A stretch of 64,000 bases of DNA from positions 1-64,000 of the forward strand of contig JBGFRI010000046.1 in NCBI GenBank assembly GCA_041695225.1, read 5' to 3'. The stretch comes from Deinococcota bacterium (GTDB lineage Bacteria; Deinococcota; Deinococci; Deinococcales; Thermaceae). Positions 11,098-20,343 of this stretch are shown here, piece after piece; position 1 is the stretch's first letter; each line of letters opens with the position of its first letter. The position numbers and the translations under genes are program-made. The notes below the pieces were generated by a model. That model saw only the letters and a program-made list of their open reading frames with translations, did not search any database and had not been told where the DNA came from.

Positions 11098-12462
11098 ATG
11101 CAAGTGGTACTCGAGGCTCTTCATCAAGGCGACTACGATACGGCGTTTGAGATGCTGGTACGCACCCTGGCGCTTGCTCAGGGGGAGGATGCCGCCGACG
11201 CAGCCCTGTTACTGGCTGAGGCCTATTCGCTGTACGGCGAGGGCGGCATTGAAGGGGCCAGCCGGGCGCTGGAAGAAGGGCTGAGTAGCGTACCTACCCT
11301 TCAGTCCCACCCCTTGTATCGCTCGATGATGGGCGAGGTGCGAGCCCTGGAAGGGGCTTTAGAAGAAGATGTGCGGCAACTGCTGCCGAAAACCGACGAC
11401 CCTCGTGCGCTTTACCACCAGGCCCAGGCGCTAATGTACCTGGGCCTGCCCGAGGAGGCGCTGGAAACCTTGAACAGGCCCCTAAAGCTCCCGGCTTTTC
11501 TGGCCTGGCGAGCCCACACTTTGCGGGGCAAGGCTTACGAACGCCTGGGCCTGGCCGCCGAGGCGGCGGCTGCTTACCGAGAAGCCGCCGGCCTTGCGGT
11601 AGGCCTGGAGCACTACTGGAACCTGGTAGATGCCTCGGCCATGTTTGTGGAGGCCGGTCTTGGCCAGGAAGCCCTGCAGGCCTTGCAGGAAGCACAACCA
11701 GTTGCTCCCGAGCTGGAAGACCCCGAAGATGCGGCCACCCGCCACTACCTCGAGGCCCGCAGCCAGCTTTTGCTGGGTAACCCCAGCCTGGCGCTTGATG
11801 CTATCCAGCGGGCCCTGGAGAAAGAGCGTGAGGGAGCCGAGCCTGCCCACGGCACCACCTTAGTACACGGACAGGCCCTGATGCAGCTGGGCCACCCCCG
11901 AGAGGCTATAGAGGCCTTCCGCGAGGCGGTCAAGCGGGCCGAAGACTCCGATAAGAGCTATGCCCTGCACGAACTGGCTGTAGCCTATCTGGAAGCAGGT
12001 GAGCTTGCCGAGGCCGAGGTTGCCGTGCGTGAGGTCTTGCGGGATGCCGGGTATGGCTACCAGGGCGAGGCCTACGGCGATCTGGCTGAAATTCTCTACC
12101 GCCTTGCTCGCTACGAAGAGGCCTCCAGAGCAGCCCACCAGGCCATTGAACTAGGAGGTCAGAGCGCCGGGCATCTGATTTTGGGCAATCTGGCATACGA
12201 CCTGCTGCATCTGGAAGAGGCCCTCGAGCACTACACCCGGGCCAGCCAGGATGCCCCCCAGGGCAGCCGCGACTGGGTTACGGCCCAGCAGATGGTGGTA
12301 GATACCCTGGCTCAGCTGGGCTTTCGCCGCCCAGACGAAATTATTGCGCGCAGCGAGGCAGTATTGCCGTTTTTGCACCAGGCCGATGAATGGTACCAGA
12401 CCCTCAGCAACTACGTTGAACGCGCGCGCAGCATGATGGGCCAGAGCCGGACGCTGAACTGA
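11098..12462 (+). CDS. Tetratricopeptide-repeat protein
   Basis: Repeated TPR-like helices; ATG 11098 preceded by TATGAT 7 nt upstream. Confidence 0.85.
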   Translation: MQVVLEALHQGDYDTAFEMLVRTLALAQGEDAADAALLLAEAYSLYGEGGIEGASRALEEGLSSVPTLQSHPLYRSMMGEVRALEGALEEDVRQLLPKTDDPRALYHQAQALMYLGLPEEALETLNRPLKLPAFLAWRAHTLRGKAYERLGLAAEAAAAYREAAGLAVGLEHYWNLVDASAMFVEAGLGQEALQALQEAQPVAPELEDPEDAATRHYLEARSQLLLGNPSLALDAIQRALEKEREGAEPAHGTTLVHGQALMQLGHPREAIEAFREAVKRAEDSDKSYALHELAVAYLEAGELAEAEVAVREVLRDAGYGYQGEAYGDLAEILYRLARYEEASRAAHQAIELGGQSAGHLILGNLAYDLLHLEEALEHYTRASQDAPQGSRDWVTAQQMVVDTLAQLGFRRPDEIIARSEAVLPFLHQADEWYQTLSNYVERARSMMGQSRTLN

Positions 12463-12475
12463 TGGCCGCACTGAA

Positions 12476-12553
12476 AAGGTCTAAGGTCGAAGGTCGCAGG
12501 TCTGCCACGGCCTCGCCTTTTGGCCTTCGACCTTTGTCTTCAGACCTTCGACC
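12476..12553. repeat. Inverted heptamer arrays (AAGGTCG / CGACCTT), possible bidirectional terminator
   Basis: aaggtct aaggtcg aaggtcg followed by ttcgacc/tcagacc units between convergent genes. Confidence 0.7.
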
Positions 12554-12595
12554 ATGAGTTCTGGCCTTGGCACAGGCTTCGGCCTTTAGCTTTCA

Positions 12596-13609
12596 TCAGA
12601 GCGGGCTGTAGCGCCCCGCTGTGCTCTGGGTCAGGCCCTCGAGCTCCAGTAGCATCAGCACCGAAAGGATCTCGGCGGTCGGCAGACCGGTAGCCTGGGC
12701 CAGGTCGTCTGGCAGGGCTTCGGACAGTTCCAGCAGGGCCTTGTAAACCCTGGCCTGGCTGCCCTCGAGGTGGTGGGGCTGCTTTTTAGTAGCCAGAACC
12801 CCCAGCGCAGCCAGTACGTCCTCGGTGTTCATTACCAGTCCGGCCCCATCCTGAATCAGACGGTTGCTGCCCAGCGACGAGGCATCGCTGGGGCGGCCTG
12901 GCACAGCCAGGACATCGCGGCCCAGTTCGGCGGCAATCTTGGCGGTAATCAAGCTACCGCTTTTTTCGCCGGCCTCCACCACCAACACCGCCCGGGAGAA
13001 AGCCGCCACAATGCGGTTGCGCCGGGGAAACAGCCCGGCCTGTGGAGGGGTGCCCAGGGCAAACTCCGACACCACGTTAATGCGTTCGGCCAGCGCACGA
13101 TTCTGGGGAGGATAGAGCCTGTCCATCGCGCTTCCCAAAACCCCCAGGGTATAACCGCCGGCCTCCAGCGCCCCCTTGTGCGAGGCTGCATCTATGCCCA
13201 GGGCCAGGCCGGAAATTACGCCGATTCCGGCCTCGGCCAGCTCACGGGCTACCTTGTGCGTCCAGGCGGTGGCCCAGGGGCTGGCTTTGCGGGTTCCCAC
13301 GATGCCGATACTGCGGGGTGTGGTGGGTAGTTCACCTTTCAGATACAGCACCGGCGGCGGGCTGTCCAGGTGTTGCAGTTCTGCGGGATACTCGGGCTCC
13401 CACAACCCAATCAGCCGGATGCCCAGCCTGGCAGCCTGCTCGCGCTCTTGCTCTGCCAGGCCATCCTTTAGGGTTTTGGCGTAAGCTGCGGCAGTCTCGA
13501 GGCCCAGCAGGTCGGCAATGGCCTGCGGGCTCAGATCGGTCGCCAGGGCCTGCTGCAGACGCTTGGGGCCAATATGCGGGGTTAGGGCGAGGGCCAGAGG
13601 GTCGGGCAT
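12596..13609 (-). CDS. dprA: DNA-processing protein DprA
   Basis: IVGTR, SGLALGID, FPRRNRI, SGSLITA, C-terminal winged helix. Confidence 0.95.
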   Translation of the reverse strand: MPDPLALALTPHIGPKRLQQALATDLSPQAIADLLGLETAAAYAKTLKDGLAEQEREQAARLGIRLIGLWEPEYPAELQHLDSPPPVLYLKGELPTTPRSIGIVGTRKASPWATAWTHKVARELAEAGIGVISGLALGIDAASHKGALEAGGYTLGVLGSAMDRLYPPQNRALAERINVVSEFALGTPPQAGLFPRRNRIVAAFSRAVLVVEAGEKSGSLITAKIAAELGRDVLAVPGRPSDASSLGSNRLIQDGAGLVMNTEDVLAALGVLATKKQPHHLEGSQARVYKALLELSEALPDDLAQATGLPTAEILSVLMLLELEGLTQSTAGRYSPL

Positions 13610-13751
13610 AGCTCGGTCTAGGATAGCGGATGATGGGCTGGACAGTCACACGGTCGGGGACCATATGGCCTACTGCATGGAGGGCCGGGCATGGCACGGG
13701 CCCCAGAAGCGGCTGTGACCACAATGGCCCCAGGCGGCTGGTTGAAAGCCA

Positions 13752-16550
13752 TCAATTACCCTTGAGGGCTCGCTTGAAAATCTGTGGGGCAAACTCTACC
13801 ACCGCGCGCAAAAAACCGGTAATGCCCCTGGCCCGGCCGGGGGTGATGTAGACCGGCACTCCCAAATTTTCGGCTTCCAGGCGCACTGGCTCGGAGAGGT
13901 CGTGGCCCACGTAACTGCTGATGATCATCATGCCGTGGGCGCGCTCCAGGCGGCTCTGAATGCGCCGGATGATTTCGCGCCCGGCGGTGTGGCCGTCGGA
14001 GTCGAACCAGTCGAGCTTGAGACCCTGGGCCTCCAGATAGGGCGTCATGCGGCTACGCAACTGGGTGTGGCCCCCCACCACGATCAGGTACTCGCCATGA
14101 AAACGCGGCAGGCCCTCGCGCATCAGGCCGCCGGGGGTGGTTCCGGCAAAAGCATCGGGCTCACCCTCGAGCCGCGAGATGGCTTTGGAGGTGGTTTTGA
14201 GTTCTTCGAGATACAACTGAAGCTCGGGATCGTTAGGGTTCAAAAAGAGCAGGTTGCGCAAGATTTCGCGCGAGAGCTGCAGGTCCTTTTCCCAGTAGTA
14301 GGCAGCATCTAAGGCCTTGCGCCAGATCTGGGTGGCTTTCTGGTAGGCTCCGGTGCGCTCGTAGTGTTCGGCCAGGTCGAAGAGCACTTCCAGAGCCTCG
14401 GGATTGCGGGCCAGCTCGCCCAGCAGAAGCCCCTCGGCCCCCAGGGCCTGCCCGGCATTGTAGAGCGCAGCCAGATACTGACCACGCACGGTCTCGGACT
14501 CGCTGCTTTGGGAGAAGCTGCGCGAGAGGCGGTAGGCCAGCTCCAGGTGTTCGAGGGGGGGCTCGAGGGTGCGCTCGAGCCACCTTACCAGCATGCGAAA
14601 TGCCTCCCAGGGCCCTTCCAGGGTCTCGACCAGCCTCAGCACCGAGCCGATATCGCGAAAGTGCTGTAAACCTGCGTCGCGTACCCGGCCCAGAAACTCG
14701 CGAGCCAGCACCGGCTCTTCGGCCTGTAAAGACTCCTGCGCAAGGTGATAGAGCATGGGTACCGGATAGGCCCGGTGGGCATGGGCTCGCTTGTGGTCAC
14801 CCAGAATTTCCAGCATTGGACGGCCCAGCGAGCGCTTGGAGACTGCCAGCAGGTGATAAGCGATTCCGGCGGGCTCGCCTTTAGACTCTTTGGCGGCTCG
14901 CTCCAGGTAGCGCACCGCCTCGAGGTGCCGACCCTCGCGGTGGCGCAGCATTCCCAGCGCCAGAAGGGCGGTTGCATCCTCGGCCCGGGCTACCGCATCG
15001 GTCAGGTAGGGCTCCACTTCCTTCAGTTCGCCCAGTGGCGCTCCATCCAGAGCTTCGGGCCCGCGCACTTTGAGGCCTGCCAGCGCCAGCCCCAGTGCAC
15101 CGGAGGACTCTCCCAGACCGTAAAGGCGCTGGGCGTAACGTTCGGCCCGGCTCCACAATCCCTGCTGTAAAGCGGCTTCCAGGCCAAGCCGTAGCAGCCC
15201 CCGGGTGAGCAGGGTGGGCGACAGGTCTTCGACAAACTCCACCCGGCGGCTGGCCTCGCTCCAGTCGCCCTCGCGCGAGAGCCGCAGGGCACGTTCTTCG
15301 GTGCGCTCGAGGGCGGTCTTGAGATAGACTTCGGCCTCGGGAAGACCACACTCAAAGAGCTGGCGCAGGGCTTCGGACAGACGCCCTAGACCCATATAAA
15401 CCTTTCCTAAGGCCAGCTTAAAGCGCCCACCCCGGCTGGCGAGCTCCTCCAGGCGGGGCAGGGCCCGGCGGTAGTCTTCCAGCTCGGCCCAGCACAGTAC
15501 CCGTAAATCCTCGGCCTCTGGTCGAGCGGCCAGAGCCAGCGCTTCGTCGGCCTCGGCAAAGCGCGATAGGGCCCACAAGGCCCGTCCCCTCAGGTAGCCC
15601 AGTTCACCTGCGGTGCCCGCTGGTAGCCGGGTTAGCACCTCGGCGTAGGCCCCTTCCTCGAGCAAAGCCCAAATTTCGCTGGCGGTCGGCAAGGCATGGA
15701 CCAGGACACCAGGTGCCGGCGCCCTTGGGGCGGGGTCTGCGGGCTTAGCCGGGAGCCCTTGCGGCTCGGGCTCCAGCAGCACCTGGGGCATTCGCGCCGT
15801 GATGAGGGTATACTCACCCTCACCCACCTGCTCCACCTCGGTAAAACCCAGCTGCCGTAGTGCGCTTTTTGCCGCCTGGGGGTTCTTTCCTAAAAAAGGG
15901 CCGTGTCCATAGGCCAGCACCCCCCCTGGCTTAAGCAGGCCCTCTAGCCCCCGCAAACGCTGAAACAGGTCAAAATGTCTGAAGTAGTCGGCCTCGTCAA
16001 GCGAGGGTGGCAGGGCGCCAAGGTACCCCTCCGGCATACAAGAAAGCAGCAGCACCCCGTCCATCTGGGGCAGGTCTGGCTGTAAGGGAAACCAGCCCTG
16101 GTGCCACTGCACAGCTTCTCCGGTACGGGCCTTCCCCAGGGCCACTGCCTGCGGCACCCCCTCCAGGGCATGCCACTCCAGGCCCGGTCTGGCTTCGTGT
16201 AATAGCTTGACCAAACCCCCGGTAAAAGCGCCAACTTCCAAAACCCTACCGCGATCAGGAAGGCACTGGGGCAGAACCTTCAGATAGAATTCAATGAAGG
16301 TCAGGTGCATGGCATAAACCAGCCCTTCCAGCCGTTCGCGTGGATGGCTCAGCAACCCCGCATAAAAACTTCGCACCGCCTCGAGGTCACCTGCCTCGGC
16401 GGCCAGATAGGCTTTCCAGGCTTTCAGCAGGGGTCTTCGCCTCGAGGGACTGCCAATACGCCGGGCAAGCTCACTTTCAAAGCGCCCTGGCGACAGGGGT
16501 GCCTCGAGGTGAAACTGGGCACGAAAGTATCGCCTAACCTGGGTGTCCAC
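13752..16550 (-). CDS. Multidomain protein: SAM-methyltransferase-like + TPR + DUF2325-like C-terminus
   Basis: VLEVGAFTG (motif I), long TPR-like region, C-terminal LIVVGGH..ISSYVGH; GGAG RBS before GTG. Confidence 0.75.
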   Translation of the reverse strand: MDTQVRRYFRAQFHLEAPLSPGRFESELARRIGSPSRRRPLLKAWKAYLAAEAGDLEAVRSFYAGLLSHPRERLEGLVYAMHLTFIEFYLKVLPQCLPDRGRVLEVGAFTGGLVKLLHEARPGLEWHALEGVPQAVALGKARTGEAVQWHQGWFPLQPDLPQMDGVLLLSCMPEGYLGALPPSLDEADYFRHFDLFQRLRGLEGLLKPGGVLAYGHGPFLGKNPQAAKSALRQLGFTEVEQVGEGEYTLITARMPQVLLEPEPQGLPAKPADPAPRAPAPGVLVHALPTASEIWALLEEGAYAEVLTRLPAGTAGELGYLRGRALWALSRFAEADEALALAARPEAEDLRVLCWAELEDYRRALPRLEELASRGGRFKLALGKVYMGLGRLSEALRQLFECGLPEAEVYLKTALERTEERALRLSREGDWSEASRRVEFVEDLSPTLLTRGLLRLGLEAALQQGLWSRAERYAQRLYGLGESSGALGLALAGLKVRGPEALDGAPLGELKEVEPYLTDAVARAEDATALLALGMLRHREGRHLEAVRYLERAAKESKGEPAGIAYHLLAVSKRSLGRPMLEILGDHKRAHAHRAYPVPMLYHLAQESLQAEEPVLAREFLGRVRDAGLQHFRDIGSVLRLVETLEGPWEAFRMLVRWLERTLEPPLEHLELAYRLSRSFSQSSESETVRGQYLAALYNAGQALGAEGLLLGELARNPEALEVLFDLAEHYERTGAYQKATQIWRKALDAAYYWEKDLQLSREILRNLLFLNPNDPELQLYLEELKTTSKAISRLEGEPDAFAGTTPGGLMREGLPRFHGEYLIVVGGHTQLRSRMTPYLEAQGLKLDWFDSDGHTAGREIIRRIQSRLERAHGMMIISSYVGHDLSEPVRLEAENLGVPVYITPGRARGITGFLRAVVEFAPQIFKRALKGN

Positions 16551-16973
16551 TGGCTATCTCCGGCTTCTAGGAAGATCATCTGGGCCAAGTTCCACTGACT
16601 CTTTTCTGGTGGGCGGCTCGACGAGGTTGCTTTGGGCTTACGCAGGCAAAAGTACCCAGGGTGCCTGGGGGGTGGGCAGTACAGAGCAGTCTAGCAGCAA
16701 GACACTTTCTGGTTCTGGATACTGGCCCCTTGTGCAGTATGGCTGCTGGCTGTCTGCCAGCAACTTCAACGGGCATCAGAAGAGTAAACAACTGCACAAC
16801 TGAATTATAGGGGATAACCTGCGTTCAGAATTGGTACTCACCCGCTCAAACAGGAGGCAGATCATAGAGCAGGCGAGGTCGGTAGCCAGGACCGGCTGAT
16901 TCGAAAACTGGCAGCCCGCGCCGTCAGCAGTACCGCCTGGGAGCCTGGCTTTGGTGGGGGCGGTCCGGGTGTT

Positions 16974-17190
16974 GCCCTGAACTTGTCGAAGTACGATGGT
17001 CTTTCTGCTCGAATGAGCTGGCGGCCGCGTTGCCTCGAGGAGCTTCGGAGCCTGCCCTGCCTGCCCTGAGCAGGGTCGAAGGGAGCCTGGTCGAAGGGCT
17101 AAAAGGGGCGGGACTCAGAATGACAAAATTTAGGTGCCATCTCGAGCGGAACAAACTGTCGAGAGTCTAAGCCCTGAGGGACCGAAGGAG
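16974..17190. repeat. Cluster of CCCTGAGCnnGTCGAAGG-type palindromic repeats
   Basis: ccctgaacttgtcgaag, ccctgagcagggtcgaagg, ctcagaatgac; same motif at 42922-42990 and about 52046. Confidence 0.7.
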
Positions 17191-17422
17191 AAAGATTCCC
17201 TAACGGCGCGAAGACCCGTTGCCCATGCGGGCAAGGTGCTGCTTAGATAGCCGAAGGATACACCTACAGCGGGATTGGCATGACCAAGGCCTCAGTGCTG
17301 GCTGGAGATCCGGCCCCTGCCCAGCACTGAGCATATGAGCATATGTGAAAAATAGTTTTTTTGTGTTCTGGCTGGGCTTTGGGGAATGTGGGGCTAATTT
17401 CAATGGCCTCACCCCATATGGG

Positions 17423-17456
17423 TGATACAATACGGGCATAAGAAACTCGAGGAGGT
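17423..17456 (+). promoter_or_regulatory. Extended -10 (TGaTACAAT) and RBS of the five-subunit oxidoreductase operon
   Basis: ggTGaTACAAT followed by GAGGAGGT before ATG 17464. Confidence 0.5.
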
Positions 17457-17463
17457 GTGTTAG

Positions 17464-18363
17464 ATGAGCCTTGACTATGTCAAGTTTACCACAGGCTTTG
17501 AGAAGTTTATGCCCAAAGAGTACCGAGACTTGGTGGAACACGGGCCGTTCGGTAAAAAAGTCGGCATAACCCAGATGGGAACCTTCAAAGAAATAATTGA
17601 AGAACACCCCATGTGCGCCGGCTGTGCCATGACTTTATTCATCAGACTTTCGACGGTGGCCTTTCCCAACCCCGAAGATACCATCACCGTGGGTACACCG
17701 GGCTGTGGACGCCTGGCCCTCTCGCAGGTGGCCATCCCCTTCGTCTACGGTAATTACGGCGATACCAATGGGGTAGCCAGTGGGCTGTCTCGCGGCCTGC
17801 GCTTGCGGTTTGGTGACAAGACCAAGGATGTGGTGGTAATGGCCGGCGACGGGGGTCTTGCCGACATCGGGTTTTCCCAGGTTCTGCACTCCTGGTTCCG
17901 CAAGGAAAAGTTCACCACAATTATGCTAGACAACGAAGTTTACGGAAATACCGGCGGCCAGGAGAGCGGCATGACCAACCGCGGGGCTGTACTCAAGATG
18001 GCCCCGCTGGGAAAAAAGTTCGACAAGTTAAATATGGTCGAGATGGCCAAAGTCGCTGGCTGCGCCTATGTGGCAACGGTGGTGCCAACCAAACCGGCCA
18101 AGGTTGCCAGCACCATCAAAAAAGCCGTCTTGATCGCGCGTGAAGTTGGACCAACCTACATTCAGGCCTACACATCATGCAACATCGAATACGGTATTCC
18201 TACCGACAAAGTATTGGAAGACGCTAAAAACGTCGAGAGTGAGCGCTACCAGTTCTCGGAGTTTATCACCGAAGAGGCCAAGCAGTACTTAGCAGAAGCA
18301 CATGGCTACAAGGAGTATCAAGCAAAACCAGCCGCCAGTGCTGCGGTAGAAGCCGGTGCATAG
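17464..18363 (+). CDS. forB: Five-subunit 2-oxoacid:ferredoxin oxidoreductase, beta (TPP-binding) subunit
   Basis: CAGC, GC, GDGG..DNEVYGNTGGQ TPP motif, third Cys in YTSC. Confidence 0.85.
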   Translation: MSLDYVKFTTGFEKFMPKEYRDLVEHGPFGKKVGITQMGTFKEIIEEHPMCAGCAMTLFIRLSTVAFPNPEDTITVGTPGCGRLALSQVAIPFVYGNYGDTNGVASGLSRGLRLRFGDKTKDVVVMAGDGGLADIGFSQVLHSWFRKEKFTTIMLDNEVYGNTGGQESGMTNRGAVLKMAPLGKKFDKLNMVEMAKVAGCAYVATVVPTKPAKVASTIKKAVLIAREVGPTYIQAYTSCNIEYGIPTDKVLEDAKNVESERYQFSEFITEEAKQYLAEAHGYKEYQAKPAASAAVEAGA

Positions 18364-18389
18364 GGACGTGGTACAAAAGGAGGTTTGCC

Positions 18390-19106
18390 ATAGCTAAGCG
18401 TTTTGATATCAGGATGGCGGGTGTGGGTGGGCAGGGTGTTGTTACTGCCTCACACATTCTTAGTACAGCGGTGATCAATGCCGGGGGTGAGAGTACCATA
18501 GTGCCGTTCTATGGCTCAGAGAAGCGGATGGCGCCGGTAGAGAGTTACGTGCGGGTCTCGGACCAGCCCATCTTTGAAGTGGGGGAGATTATTTTCCCTG
18601 ACATCATAATCATCTTCCACCCACAGGTCATTACCCACGGCAAGTCTTACACCATGCCCTTCTACTATGGCCTGAAAGAAGGTGGTATAGCACTGATTAA
18701 CTACGATGGCCCGATGAAACTGCAAAGGGATCATGCGGCCGAGTTAGAAGAGCGCCGGGTGAGGCTGTTTTACCTACCTGCGACCAGGCTTTCACTGGAA
18801 ATCGCGGGAATGGACCTGGCAACCAATATGGCTCTGATGGGCGCGATTGGCTGCATTACTGGCCTGACCAACTTAGAGTCGTTGGGTAAGGCAGTGCAGG
18901 ACAGATTTCTGGGCAAGGGATTCGTAGTCTCTGGTGGAACTGCTGCACTCGATAGCGTGGTAGAGAAGAAGTTCAAAAAGAAACAGGAGCTAATCGAAAA
19001 AAATCTGGCGGTAATTAAAGCCGGCTGGATGTTTGCGGCCGACCAGGGATGGAGCGAGCGCCCGGATCTGGCTCAAGCAAAAGAAGCCAGCCTGGCAAAG
19101 GCCTAG
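18390..19106 (+). CDS. forG: Five-subunit 2-oxoacid:ferredoxin oxidoreductase, gamma subunit (probable ATA start)
   Basis: IRMAGVGGQG, YGSEKR, NMALMGA; AGGAGG 6 nt upstream of an in-frame ATA at 18390. Confidence 0.85.
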   Translation: MAKRFDIRMAGVGGQGVVTASHILSTAVINAGGESTIVPFYGSEKRMAPVESYVRVSDQPIFEVGEIIFPDIIIIFHPQVITHGKSYTMPFYYGLKEGGIALINYDGPMKLQRDHAAELEERRVRLFYLPATRLSLEIAGMDLATNMALMGAIGCITGLTNLESLGKAVQDRFLGKGFVVSGGTAALDSVVEKKFKKKQELIEKNLAVIKAGWMFAADQGWSERPDLAQAKEASLAKA

Positions 19107-19139
19107 CTTTATGTCAAGACCGCTCTAAAGGAGAGCCTA

Positions 19140-19442
19140 ATGTACCTAGTAGCCGAGATTAGTTCTGAGATTTGCTCGCAGACCGGATGCAAGCTGTGTT
19201 TGCAGTACTGCCCGGAGCCAAATACCATCCTCTATAACGATCGATTGGGCAAGCATGGGTCGGCTTATGTGGTTGTAGACCGATGCAAAGGTTGTGGTCA
19301 GTGTACCTGGGTCTGTGACAACATGTCAAAAAACCACGCCATAAAACTGGTGATGATTGATCAGCTGGAACAGGCTGCTCTTACCGAGAACGTTGTTTAC
19401 GGAGAAAAGTCAACGTACGCCACCTACTCGCCATTGGAGTAG
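19140..19442 (+). CDS. forE: Ferredoxin-like subunit of the five-subunit oxidoreductase
   Basis: Cx4CxxCxxxCP and CxxCxxCxxxC Fe-S motifs; AAGGAG RBS. Confidence 0.75.
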   Translation: MYLVAEISSEICSQTGCKLCLQYCPEPNTILYNDRLGKHGSAYVVVDRCKGCGQCTWVCDNMSKNHAIKLVMIDQLEQAALTENVVYGEKSTYATYSPLE

Positions 19443-19578
19443 TTGCTGTTTGATCTGCGCCTGGTAGAGCTGGTCAGACCCGTAAGGCCCATCTGCCAAG
19501 CACCGGCGCAGTACCCGGCGGTAAGAACTGGAAAGAGCCACAAAGATACGCAAGAATCACTCCGAGAGGGGTATACAA

Positions 19579-20334
19579 ATGACACAGCAAAACCTCGAAA
19601 AAATTATAGTCCCTGGCCCGGCGGGATATCAGCCACCTTCGGCTGCGCAGCTTGGCGTTAGCTTGCCTGAGCCTGGCCAGGGCTTGTGGTATGGCCATCA
19701 CCAGGATGATGAAGTGGTAATGGAGGAAATTGCCCGGCAGATGCTGACCCGGCCCAATCCAACCATATTCCCCGGCCCACTGGTGTTGTGGGCCTGGAAC
19801 CAGGGAGCAGTAGACCGGGCCAGGGCGGTGCTGGAGATTGCAGCGCAGATTCCAGACGTAATGATTATCCCCATGCCAGACTACCGTCCAAAATACCCCA
19901 AAATTGACCCCGAGGAGGTAATTAATCCCAACCACCCAAACCTCACCATCTGGGGCAACAAGATCGAAGTGTGTATGTTTGTTGGGGTCCACTGCCATTA
20001 TGCCAATCTCACCTTAAAAATGATTCGGGCGGGTACTAGCTGCTGTACCATTGCGGTGTGTGCTCATCAGGGACATGAGGACGCCATGCTAAGTCTGCGC
20101 GATGCAGATATTTACAAACTTCGCCGTCTGGCCCAGGTGGTGAAGCGGGTACGTGAGGAGATGGGCCTCGAGCTGCCGGCCAACGGCGAGAATGTGCGCT
20201 TTACCGGTACCCAGGTCAAAGTACACGGCGGCAAGACCCACACCAATCCGCTCGAGTTCATCCCTGTCGCAGATGATCTGGCGGGTGCGCTGGCTTTTGG
20301 CCATAAGCCAGAGGACATGGAGCGAGAAGGCTAA
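19579..20334 (+). CDS. forD: Five-subunit oxidoreductase delta subunit (CO dehydrogenase beta-family-like)
   Basis: PGPAGY.PPSAA, FPGPLVLW, MPDYRPKYPKIDPE, NPNHPNLTIW, GVHCHYAN, GHEDA motifs recalled from For/Por D subunits. Confidence 0.75.
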   Translation: MTQQNLEKIIVPGPAGYQPPSAAQLGVSLPEPGQGLWYGHHQDDEVVMEEIARQMLTRPNPTIFPGPLVLWAWNQGAVDRARAVLEIAAQIPDVMIIPMPDYRPKYPKIDPEEVINPNHPNLTIWGNKIEVCMFVGVHCHYANLTLKMIRAGTSCCTIAVCAHQGHEDAMLSLRDADIYKLRRLAQVVKRVREEMGLELPANGENVRFTGTQVKVHGGKTHTNPLEFIPVADDLAGALAFGHKPEDMEREG

Positions 20335-20343
20335 GGTATCCTT

